DNA of 64,000 nt, taken from contig OY969807.1 in assembly GCA_963703285.1 (NCBI GenBank), forward strand, positions 2,016,001 to 2,080,000, written 5' to 3'. The position numbers were made by a program, and so were the translations under genes. The notes under the pieces were generated by a model. That model was given only the letters and a program-made list of their open reading frames with translations, was not told the origin of the DNA and ran no database searches. Shown piece after piece: positions 51,201 to 62,046 of the stretch (position 1 is the first letter of the stretch; every line of letters starts with the position of its first letter). Source of the stretch: an uncultured Nitrososphaerota archaeon. Its GTDB lineage: Archaea > Thermoproteota > Nitrososphaeria > Nitrososphaerales > Gagatemarchaeaceae.

Positions 51201-54200
51201 GTCGTCACCACCGCGGTCACCCTGGCCGTCGACAGCGAGGCGACGCCCGATGTCTACCCGGTCCTCAGCAACCAGTTCATCGTCGGGACGACGACCTACG
51301 CGGTCAACGTGTCGGTCGCGTACGAGAACGCCTCGGGGCCCTACTTCCCGATGGTCAACGGCCAGTTCATCGTGCCGAGCACCCCTCCCGTCTCGAACCT
51401 GGCATACGCGGTGCAGGGCGGGTCGGTCACCAAGGGGTATGTGATTTCGGCGGACGACGAGTTCTCCGCCGACGGGAACGTCGTCTACACGGTCAACGAC
51501 GTCAACGTCGTCAGGGCGTCGAACCAGGCCACGCTCACCGGCACAGCCCCGAACCAGACCCTCACATATGGATCGTTCACCTACACGCTCGACACCACGA
51601 CCTCGCTAGCGGCACTGGAGCCCGCGGGGCTCACCTACGACACGAGCACCAGCCAGTTCACCGTGTCCTACAACGGCGTCTCCGTGACCTACACGGTCGG
51701 ATCCCAGACCGTCACAGACAACCGTCATCCTGCGGACACCTTCCCGTCGACCGTCTCTGGAAGTCAGGTCACGTTCACCGACACGGTCAGCGGCATCACC
51801 TTCTCCTTCGACGACAGCGGGGACAACCAGATCAGCGTCGGGTTCCCCTACACCAACCAGTTCTTCGTGGACCTCCTCAACGGCATCACATACTATGTCG
51901 ACGGGACCACCAGCACCGTCGAGGCCATCTCCTACGTCCCGGAGACCACGCAGTACGGCTTCGTAGCCGCCAACGGCCAGACCTACCTGATCCACTACAA
52001 CGACGTGGGCGTCGTCTTCCCCGTCATCTCGGGGGCCAACGTCAACGCCGGCATCGCCACCGTCGGCTCGGACACCTTCACGGTCAACATCGACCAGGTC
52101 CAGCCGTCGTCGGGTGCCGCTGGCATCCCCGTCAACCTCAACTCCTTCGAGATCAACGGCAACCTCTACACCATCACGGGGACGCCGACCGGGACGGACT
52201 ACTCGGCGTGCAAGGTCGTCGGGGACGCGATCACGCCCAAGAACTTCACCTCGGCGAACACGTTCGTCCTCACCGACCCGACGGTCACCTACACGCTGCA
52301 GCTCAACTCGGCGAACCTCCCCGCGGCGGTGGTCGCAACCTTCGCTGTCAGGCCTAGCCAAGACCTGATTGTCGTCAACGACGACGTCTACGTCGTCACC
52401 TACAACACGACGACCACCGGGTCGCTCCTGGGCCAGGGCCAGGCATCGATCGCTATCACCAACTCGAGCTTCACCCTGACCAACCCCTTCGACTCGACGA
52501 AGGCGAAGTTCGTCTTCGACGACCTCGACATCTACGACGCCGGCTCGGTGGTCGGGCAGTTCGCCGTCTACCAGATGCCCACGTTCTTCATCGGCAACGC
52601 CACCTACACGCTGAACCCTGTCGACCTGCTGGTGACGGACAACAACGACCGGCCGTACCCGTTGCTCCCGAGCCCGATGATGTTCAGCATAAACGGCTTC
52701 AACTACGTCATCGACACGAACCGCACGCCGCACGCAATCGTCGGCAACGGCAACGTCTCTCCTCTCTCGACGGACGTCACGGTCCAAAACGGGCTGCCGG
52801 TACCCAACTCCACTTTCACGCTCAACGGCCTCGTCTACGCCTACGTCGAGGACACTACGCACAACCTCCTCGCGGTAACGGGGACGAAGAGCTACATGAT
52901 TGCCCAGCCGGCGCTGACCTTCAAACTGGATTCCAGCCTCGTGTTCACCATAAGCACGACGCCTCCGGCCGCTGGGAACTACGTAGGGACCATGGCCCCG
53001 ATCGGGACAATCACCGCCGCGGGCCCGCTGACCCTCAACCTCTACGCTGGGACGCCGGAGTCGGGGAACGCCGACTTCTTCACCTACAAGAACGTGCTAT
53101 ACACACTGGTAGAGTCCGAGGGCGTCTACATCGCCGTGCAGAAGACCTACACGGTCTACGCGTCCACGCCGACCGCCACCCAGCAGCAACTCGCGGTCTT
53201 CGACCTCGCCGGCACAACGTACATGGTGACCGACGGGACGACAGCGGGCACAGCGACCCCAGCTGGGATAAACCCCGGGACCCTGTGGGCGGCCACGTCA
53301 ATCTCGGCGACCCCCCCCGAGACGCAGTTCGGCCTCGTCTACGGGTTCACAGCCCAGCCCATAAGCGTCTCGCAGTCCGCCACCACCCAGGTCTTCCAGT
53401 TCGTGGTTAGCACCACCGTCAGCAGCATCAGTACCACCACCAGCAGCGGCAGCACCAGCACCGGCAGCACCAGCACCACCACGGTCAACACGCTCTACGA
53501 CATCGTCTACACGCCCGGAAGCAACGCGAACGTGGTCAAAGTCGACGTCCCCGACTTCCTACCGACCTTCACCCAGAGCTGGCCATTCAACTTCCTCACA
53601 TCCTATCCGCTGACGTTCGAGACGGGAGGGTACAACGCGTTCACGACCTTCGTCTCCGAGACGTCGACCCCCAGCGAGAGCTTCGCGGGGGCCTACAGGA
53701 CTCCGGTGATCTCCACCGACGGCGCGGTCGACTCCATGCTGGGCACCGAGGGCGACTTCAGCCTGGAGTTCTGGCACTCTCTCCCGCTGACGGCGGTCAA
53801 CGACTACCACCCGTTCACCTACTATGCTAGTAACCAGAACCCCCTCGTCTACTACGTGGACGTAGACTTCTTCAACGGCTACAACATCTTCGTCCGGATC
53901 AACAACACGGTCATGCAGGCCGTGACCACGCCCCCCGTCTTCACATCCCGATGGCGCCACTTCGCCCTCACCTACTCCCAGCCCTACGTGATGCTCTGCC
54001 TGGGGGCGGGCTTCGAGGTCAAGGACGGGACGAACTACAACTTCAACCGCAACTTCAGCATCGCCATGACCTTCAGCGTCACAGACGTGAACACGCAGCA
54101 GGGACTCCTCTACAAGGGCACCGCGTCCTCCATCACCTCGCCCGAGCTCAGCTTCTCGTACCAGGTCGGCGTCTCGGGGGGTAACGTGACCTTCCAGCTG

Positions 54201-57200
54201 ACGGACACTTCGCTGACGGACGGTCAGCCTACCCCAAGTACCATCTTCCAGGGACCATCGATCAAGGCCAAGACCTTCTACCAGGTGATCATCGTCAAGC
54301 AGACGACGACCACATCGGGCAGCACCAACTCCGACGGTACGACGGACCCCTACGGGCAGCCCTTCGACGTCAGCGAGCTGACACCAGCTACGACGGGTGG
54401 GACGAGCGCGACCATGACGGCACCGCCGACCTCGGGCAAGGCGCCCGTCACGTTCTCCGATGTCAAGGGCACCGGAAAGACACCGAAGCTGGACTCGCTC
54501 ATGACGGCGATCGGGGCGGCCCAGACCGGGCAGAGCTACTCGGTCTCCATCTCGGTCCGCACCGTCAACGACGACGGCGGCTTCGGCCAGTGGACGACCG
54601 TCAATCTGACGCAAGCCGTGACCAGCGACGCCGGGCTCGCGGTGAACAACACAGGATCCGCGGCCCTGTTGATAGGTCAGGCCTATGACACCTCGGGAAT
54701 CTTCTGGCCCATGGGTTCATCGGATGGCCTTGTGGGGAACATCCAGAACGTCTACCTGTTCAACGGTGCGATCAACCCTCAGGGTATCAACACAGCCGCC
54801 GGGCTGGTCGATATCTCGAGCGCGACCTCGAACGATCTCATCAAAGCCGGCCTCGTCGGCTACTGGCCCGCGCAGTACGACCCGAACGGCGTAGTGAACA
54901 ACACCGTCGACCCGGACGGCGTCGCCGTCTCCAGTAACATGTTCCTCGCCAAGCTCGCCCCGCTCAAGGGCCAGGAGCTCCAGGCGACGAGCCTGTACAT
55001 CGACGGATACTCCATGCCCCTGGAGCTCGTGTCCGGCAGCGCGATCCCTTCCTCGATGGTCCCGTACCCCGGCGGTTCCTCGCTCCTCGAGTTCAACGCA
55101 GGCGCCTACAAGCTCGAGGAGATCAGCATGTGGAGCATGTGCCGCCAGCAATACCAGGTCCTTGACGACATGTTCGGGCGCCTCATCCCGACCAACGAGC
55201 CGTCACTTGTCCTGTACCTGAGCGCGTCCTTCCAGGTCCAGGCGATCGACGCCCCGATCCTCCCGATGAGCAAGTACATCGATGACGTGGTCGTCAAGAA
55301 CGCGGTCACCTTGGTCGACCCCGTGACGTTCTCGCCGGCATCCCTGGACCTGGTCGGCTCCCCTGACGTGGGGACGTGCGGCCCGCTGGTCACACCAAAC
55401 CTGTACACCCCGCCCGGCGTTGCGCTGACCGTCTGCGACACGGTACCGTACATGACCACCTACTCCATCACGCTGAACAGCGTGACGCAGACGCTCGCGG
55501 GGGAGATCAACGAGGCGTACGTCTACGTCAACAACTCCGTGCTCACCCTCTACGCCGGGAAGATGGTCGGAGAACTGGTCCTCACTTGGGTGTCTCAGGT
55601 TCAGGGCGACGTCCAGCTCATGGGGTACGTCGAGGGCGCCCCGCCGGCCCCGATGGCCAACCTTACCAACAAGTCCTCGTACGCAGGCGCAACCTCGGTC
55701 ACTTTCACTATGCCGACGTCCGTCAGCCTGAAGTACCAGAACTCGAACGATTTCTCGAATGAGGTAGCCTGGAATATCTCCGACGGCATAGGCGTCAAGT
55801 TCGGCATCGCCGCGGACTTCGCCCCCTTCGGATTCGGCATACAGGCCGACAAGGCAATTCTGGACGTCAGTTTCGACGCAACAGAAGGGGGTGACATTTC
55901 GGACAAGACCACCGAGAGCGAGTCGCAGCTCACATCATCGAACAACGTGCAGGAGTCGTACAAGTACACGGTGAAGATGGAGGGGACGCTCGGTCCCTTC
56001 ACAGGGGACCTATTCATGGCGAGTCTGAACACGCTCACCACGCCGTCCACCACCGTAGGAGTCTCCGCCTCCAAGACCGCCATCCTCCCCAACCCGAACC
56101 TGGGCGGCTTCACGACATCAAACCCACCCGCTCCCCTGCCGAAGTCCGGCGTGACCGAGGAGAAGTTCGGGCAACGGATGTACACCCCCTCGCCCTACGG
56201 CCAGGCCTTCGTAATCTCGCAGACGCTCGACGTCTACCAGCAGACGCTGCTCCAGACCAACACGGTCTATGGTTACGTACAGGTACCGAACTCACAGATT
56301 CCCCCTGACCTGAACATCGTCTCCTTCAGGCTCAACAGCAGCTACATCCGGCCAGGGTGCCTCGACGGCGTCATCGGGTACGTCTACAACCCCGCGAGCC
56401 TGCCGACGGGCGCGCAGACCTACACGACCTCGACGGGCGAGATGCAGGTCCTCTACGACGGGAACTTCTCGCAGGGGGAGGTCGGCAGCGACGCGAGCTA
56501 CATGCAGGTCGTAGAGGCGTACCAGATGAAGAAGCAGATCGACCAGGAGACCTTTACCGCCATCGCCGCCTATCAGACGGCCTACAACAAGCAGGGCCTC
56601 CCGGATGACACGAGCCTGCTGCCCCCTCTGGACTTCTACGACGAGTACGTCTGGTCATCGCGGGGCGCCACGCAGGAGGTAAAGCACACCTATTCGACCT
56701 CGTACGAAGAGGTGTATACGACGGAGACTCTAAGCAAGGTGTCCGCCAAGGTCACCCTGAACGCGAAGCTCTATGGCGCGTGCATCACCTGGATGGACCT
56801 GAAGGGCAGCTGGGAGAAGACGATAAAGAGCACGAACAAGTACATCTACACCACCAACAGCAGCACCTCCTTCGACGTCACCGCCTCTTTCGACGGCATC
56901 GAGAACGACACCCAGATGCGGTACGCCTCCAACAACGACGCCCACTTCGTGATGAACAACAACTCGATGTTCAACCCGAACAACCAGAGCGGCCTGAACC
57001 TCATCATCGGGTCCGACGGGCTCGTCTACAACATCGTCCCCTCCGTCTCCTCGGGCGCCGGCCTGCCCCTCTCCAACAACATCGACACCAGCATGACGTT
57101 CACCCAGCCCCAGCCCTCGTACACGTCGGGGAACGCAACGGGGTTGACAGGCAACTTGGAGCCATACGACCGCCCCGGCAAGACGAACCTCTTCCGCACT

Positions 57201-58484
57201 TACGCGTTCTTCCTGCAGCCCACCCCTCAGAACGGCGAGGACTTCTGGAACACCGTGATCGACCGCGTATGGATGGCAAACAGCCCCGACCCGGACGCGG
57301 TGGCGTTGAACGCGGTGAAGAACAACCCCTCCGTCCCCTGGCGTCTGCTCTACCGGGTAACCTACTCTGAGCGCTTCCTCCCGCCCATCTCGACCGAGGC
57401 GGCCGTGGTCCCCCAGATCACTCCGGTCATGGCGGTCCCAGTCCTGAACGCGGCTTCCGACTTCCTCTTCACGGCGCCCGGGACCACGCCTGTCCCACCC
57501 CACAACCCGGCGAACGACATCGAGGCCAACATCGTCCTCGCAGCTCCCACAGCCAATGGCGCGAGCGCTGGGACGGTCCCGACTACAGGTTCCGGCGCGG
57601 GCCAGCCGATCCTTCCCAACAACGTGATCCCGTTCGACCTTGTCAAGCCCCCGACCCAGGCGATCGTGAACTGGGGCGACACCAACAATGCGAAGCTGCT
57701 CGGCCAGCTGATTACCTCCGTCCTCGGGCTGAACGTGCTCGCGATGTCGACGCAGGTACTTCCGGGGTCGACGCTGGTCTCCCAGGTGATGGACCCCGCG
57801 AGCGGAGGGGTGCTGTACAGCATCTACACCGATCCGAACGGCCTGACGGTGAACGTCCCGACGAACTCCGGAATAACCGTCTATCAGGACGTAAATGGCA
57901 ATCCCATCCAGTACTACGACGGCAAGGAGTTCCACTCGCTCCAGGCCGACTACATCCCGACGACCGACGGGACTGTGATGTACTACATCCAGCCGCCCTC
58001 AAAGTACGACCAGAGCGCGTTCAACCTCGTCGGCGACTACGACCTCTTCGGCCACCCGGGCGACCAGTGGCGCTACTACCTCGTCTCCGGGATGAGCGCC
58101 AACATGACCTCGGAACCGACCGTCACGGGCTACGGTCCCTTCCTCTCCTCGACCGGGGCGTCGCCGTACACCGGGTTCACGATCGCCTCTTCGCAGCACG
58201 CCGCCGATGGCTCCAACCACGTGAAGGGGTACGTCCTCGTCCAGGGCGTCCTCCAGTGGCCCAACCTCAACAGCAACGCCGAGACGTTCGCGGACGTGCA
58301 GGTCTACAAGTCGATGAGCCTTCTCGATACATTCCCGATCGGTGACCCAGAGGTGCTCACCTCGTTCTTGGAGGCGCAGTATCCCGGCGCGCCGTTCACG
58401 GGCAACGACGACATCGACCAGGTCTTCGCGAGGAACGTAGTGTCGTACTTCAACGCCTCACAGCAGGCACTGATTCCCGAGTAG
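42230..58484 (+). CDS. Giant (~5417 aa) T/S/V-rich beta-strand protein with LamG-like domains; one frameshift at about 49085
   Basis: Coding-style codons in frame 1 to about 49085 and in frame 2 from there to 58484 (frame 2 has a stop at 49068-49070); GDFSLEFW and WRHFALTY LamG-like motifs. Confidence 0.8.
53409..53484 (+). repeat. Low-complexity AGC/ACC tract encoding an S/T linker
   Basis: STTVSSISTTTSSGSTSTGSTSTTT. Confidence 0.7.
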
Positions 58485-58599
58485 GCAATCTGCAAAGTCC
58501 CGAGATTCACCATTGCGGAGTCCCGATTCGGGCCGCTGTCGATGTGGGTAGTCGGTCGGCTACGTTGCCGCTTATTAATCCCGCCGAACTTACAAGTCG

Positions 58600-58926
58600 A
58601 TGAGCGTAAACGCAACTTCGTCTGCAAGTTCATCTGCAACTTCGTCTGCGGCTTCAAGCTCCGCATCGCTCCCAAACGTCGGCCCTGTCATCGGAAGCTA
58701 TGCGCAGCAGTTCGCCTCGCAATTCCACCTCGCGGTGACGGGCGTCGATGCCGCTGTCACCCTGGTCGCCTTCTACGCCGGGATTCTGCTGATTCCCGTG
58801 GGGGCCGTCCTGTACTGGGGTCACGTGTGGCGGCGCACGGGGGAGGGGCTGCTCGTGGGAGGCATAATCCTGGTCATCCTCTCCTACACCTTGTTCCCGT
58901 ATCTGCCGACCATCTCGCCTCCCTGA
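58600..58926 (+). CDS. Small two-TM protein with S/A-rich N-terminus, possibly VirB2/CedA1-like pilin
   Basis: Two hydrophobic helices separated by RRTG; 12 bp tandem unit at the 5' end. Confidence 0.5.
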   Translation: MSVNATSSASSSATSSAASSSASLPNVGPVIGSYAQQFASQFHLAVTGVDAAVTLVAFYAGILLIPVGAVLYWGHVWRRTGEGLLVGGIILVILSYTLFPYLPTISPP

Positions 58927-58995
58927 GCTTTACAGCGCGTTACGTAGCTCTCGACTTATAATCCTCGCCCGGGTGCTTGGTCCAGGAGTCGAACC

Positions 58996-59910
58996 ATGAG
59001 CGAATCGAAGCCACTTCCGGACAAGGGGAACAAGGACAAGGATCTCTCATCCGTCTTGATACAAGCCGAGACCACGAGGGTATTCGTCAGCGGGGTAAAC
59101 ATGCGGAAGAGTCCCGGGGACGTCGCGGAGCTGATGCAGTCCATCAGGGAGAAGGGCATACTCGAGCCCCTGCTCGTCAGACCCGTAGAGAGTCGCTACG
59201 AACTGATCGTTGGGTCCCGGAGGTTCGAGGCGGCGAAGCGTCTGGGCCTGAGGACGGTCCCGGCCGTGGTGAGACCTATGCTTGACGAAGATGCTCTGAT
59301 CATCTCCCTTGTGGAGAACATCCAGCGCAAGGAAGTGGAGCCCGAGGAGGAGTACAACGCCCTGATGAAGCTCAAGGGTCTTAACCCCGCCCTCTACTCC
59401 ACGCCGGACCAGCTGGCCAGGGTGATTGGCAAGTCGCGGCAGTACGTCGAGGACAGAATCGCCGCGGTCGAGACGGTCAATATGATCAGGAGGGGGACGA
59501 AGAAGTCGCCCATCGCCGTCAGGCAATCCCCTACGATGGAGGAGAGGAAGGAAGGTGTCCTGCCAGTCAAACACGCCTCGTTCCTACACGAGGCCGAGGA
59601 GGCGCCCACGGTCCAGAGGCTTCCGGAGGAGAAACGCGCTAAGCGACTCTTCGCGCTGGCCGAGACGATCGCGGAGCTCCCGGCGCCTGAGGCACGGAGG
59701 GTGGTGGAGCAGTTCGTCAAGGCACCTCAGAGGCCCATGGAGGAGATTAAGAGAGAGACCGAGAGGCTCCGCTCGTTCAAGCTCGACCTCGTCTTGGACC
59801 CGAGGGTCGCCGACGGCCTCAGGAAGGCAGCCAAGGAGAGGGGGACGACGATGGAGGCTATAGCAACTCTGGCGATTCACGCTTGGCTCCGGCAAAACAA
59901 CTACAGTTAA
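58996..59910 (+). CDS. ParB/Spo0J family protein with C-terminal RHH-like tail
   Basis: ELMQSIREKGILEPLLVR, LIVGSRRFEAAK, SLVENIQR, LARVIGKSRQYV. Confidence 0.9.
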   Translation: MSESKPLPDKGNKDKDLSSVLIQAETTRVFVSGVNMRKSPGDVAELMQSIREKGILEPLLVRPVESRYELIVGSRRFEAAKRLGLRTVPAVVRPMLDEDALIISLVENIQRKEVEPEEEYNALMKLKGLNPALYSTPDQLARVIGKSRQYVEDRIAAVETVNMIRRGTKKSPIAVRQSPTMEERKEGVLPVKHASFLHEAEEAPTVQRLPEEKRAKRLFALAETIAELPAPEARRVVEQFVKAPQRPMEEIKRETERLRSFKLDLVLDPRVADGLRKAAKERGTTMEAIATLAIHAWLRQNNYS

Positions 59911-59978
59911 CCCGCCACCGTCCTTGAGAATCTGCTCGACCTTGGGATAGCCTTAAGGCGACCACGACAACGAGCAAG

Positions 59979-60248
59979 GTGACCAGTTTGGCCGAAGAGG
60001 AAGAAGAGGCCGTGGAACAGGAGAGGGAGGAAGACGCAGCCCCCGACGTCGAACCCGTAGAAGAGAAGGAGGCGGAGGAGTCAGAGGAGGAGACCGAAGA
60101 CGAATCGGAGGACCATGAGTCTGAAGAGATAGAAGACAGGGAAGACCAGCGCCTCACCGTAGGAGGCCCAAGGAAGAAGAAAGCCAAGTCCAGGACGATA
60201 TCGCGCAAGAAAGCAGCTAAGAAATCCAAATCAAAAGCTAGGAAATGA
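59979..60248 (+). CDS. Small protein with acidic N-terminus and Lys-rich C-terminus
   Basis: E/D-rich first two thirds, then RKKKAKSRTISRKKAAKKSKSKARK. Confidence 0.55.
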   Translation: MTSLAEEEEEAVEQEREEDAAPDVEPVEEKEAEESEEETEDESEDHESEEIEDREDQRLTVGGPRKKKAKSRTISRKKAAKKSKSKARK

Positions 60249-60322
60249 GCAATGGGCTCATGTGTTGGTCCGCGGTTTCGCCCGCCAATCCTTAAGTCCA
60301 GGTTAGGCCCGTATGAGTCAAT

Positions 60323-60691
60323 ATGACCCCCGATCAATACCGAAAGATTGCGCTCAGCTTCCCGGGAGCATCAGAGAGCAGCCACATGGACCACCCGGAC
60401 TTTCGGGTCGGTGGAAAGATATTCGCCACGCTGTGGAAAGAGGGCGGAGTAGCGATACTTACTCTTGACCAGCAGGCTGCGCTCGTCAAGTCGAAGCCGA
60501 CAATCTTCGCCCCGGCGAAGGGAGGCTGGGGACGCAGGGGCTCTACGACCGTGAATCTCAAGTCGGCCGACGAGAGTTCGGTTCGCCGAGCCCTTTCTCT
60601 CGCTTGGGGGAACAAGGCTCCGAAGGCCCATGATTCCCGTCCCAAGAAAACTGCCGTCTCTTCTTCTCGAGCGAAATCCGAGAGGACCTGA
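60323..60691 (+). CDS. MmcQ/YjbR family DNA-binding protein
   Basis: SHMDHPDFRVGGKIFATL, GGWGRRGST. Confidence 0.88.
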   Translation: MTPDQYRKIALSFPGASESSHMDHPDFRVGGKIFATLWKEGGVAILTLDQQAALVKSKPTIFAPAKGGWGRRGSTTVNLKSADESSVRRALSLAWGNKAPKAHDSRPKKTAVSSSRAKSERT

Positions 60692-60824
60692 GGCTTCCGC
60701 CTCTTGGACCATCAAGGAAAGAATCGGCTGCTCTGCTCAAGGGCGAAAGGGTCCAATGAGGTCGGCGACTTCGTGCCGCTCCCGCCTGCGTAGCGATATG
60801 TCTCGAGCACAATCCGAGAAATCC

Positions 60825-61949
60825 TCAGCCCACGACCTTGCACATGACGTAGTCTCCAAGACCTACTATCACCCTCGCGTAACCGCTCAGCATCCTGTCG
60901 ACATCCCCGTCGCCCGTGTCGACGAGCAGGGGCCTGCCCCCCAGGGACGCCAGCTTCTGTTTGCTCGCGACGAGGACAACGTTGTCCTTTCCGACCTTTC
61001 TTATGATCCTGCTGCTGAGCTGCTGATTGCCTCTGCCAAAGATGTAGCCCTGGCCGCCGATCAGCGTCACGATTATCTTGGCTCTCTTCCCACCATTCAA
61101 GAGGCGGACCAGCTGCCTCTCGTTTACGTCCCTCGCTATGAGGTGGCCGTCGAGCACCACGTCGACGCCGAGGAGCGTCTTTTCGAGATGAAGCTGCCTC
61201 AGGATGTCTCTCGTGGTCGTCCCAGGGCCAAAGATGTAGAGACAGCCCTTCTCCATGCTCATGAATAGCTCTGTCGCGATGCCCGCGATGACCTGCTTCT
61301 CCGTCTGGGTCCCGCCAGACTTGACGCTCTGAAGATGCTGGCCTTCCTCCGGGATCCGCAGGTATCCGTAGAGCTTTGCCTCCAACACTCCTTCCCGGAA
61401 CGAAGCCTCGTCGATGTCCATGACCTCACCCTCCGAGACCCTCGGAGCAGAAGCCTTCAGGAACTTCAGCGCCACCTCTCCTGCTATCCTGGGCGTCAGA
61501 GCGAAGACCGCGGAGTGCATCTTGACGCCGGTGGGTATCCCGAGCACGGTTATCTCACGGCCCACGGCTCTGTAGATGTCCCTCGCGGTACCATCTCCGC
61601 CCGCAAAGAGCAAGAGGTCTACGCTCAGGTCCATCATCTCCTTTGCGGCGGTCCGGGTGTCCTCCGATGTGGTGTGCCCGCTCCGGATCGAACCGATCAC
61701 GTTTGGCGTGAAGCCGGCCTCCCTTGCCACGCTCTCCCCCATCTCGCCCGCGTAGGCGAAGACATCTATCTCGTCCCTTATCCCGCGCATCGCTTCGATA
61801 GCCTCCGCCGCCCTCCGCGGGGATTCGGGGGACGCGCCCATCTGTCGGGCCCTCCTCACCACCTCCGCACCGTCGGTGCCCTTGAGGCCGACTCTCCCGC
61901 CCATGCCTGCGATCGGATTGACTACGATGCCGAGCTTCTTTCTAGGCAC
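60825..61949 (-). CDS. ATP-NAD kinase family protein
   Basis: VNPIAGMGGRVGLKGTDG, GGDGTARD, GIPTGVKMHS, FGRGNQQ. Confidence 0.9.
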   Translation of the reverse strand: MPRKKLGIVVNPIAGMGGRVGLKGTDGAEVVRRARQMGASPESPRRAAEAIEAMRGIRDEIDVFAYAGEMGESVAREAGFTPNVIGSIRSGHTTSEDTRTAAKEMMDLSVDLLLFAGGDGTARDIYRAVGREITVLGIPTGVKMHSAVFALTPRIAGEVALKFLKASAPRVSEGEVMDIDEASFREGVLEAKLYGYLRIPEEGQHLQSVKSGGTQTEKQVIAGIATELFMSMEKGCLYIFGPGTTTRDILRQLHLEKTLLGVDVVLDGHLIARDVNERQLVRLLNGGKRAKIIVTLIGGQGYIFGRGNQQLSSRIIRKVGKDNVVLVASKQKLASLGGRPLLVDTGDGDVDRMLSGYARVIVGLGDYVMCKVVG

Positions 61950-62046
61950 ACTCGTTCACCTCCACGCTCGGCGGGGTTGCACACCGCCCGAGACCCGTTT
62001 CCATCGTGATGGAGCGCATCAGGGACGAGAAAGACAAGTGTCTACG

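Noticed and set aside
43143-58220. Many long antisense ORFs over the giant gene (likewise over aEF-2 and the ABC genes)
   Set aside because: Shadow ORFs expected from high GC3; no recognisable motifs.
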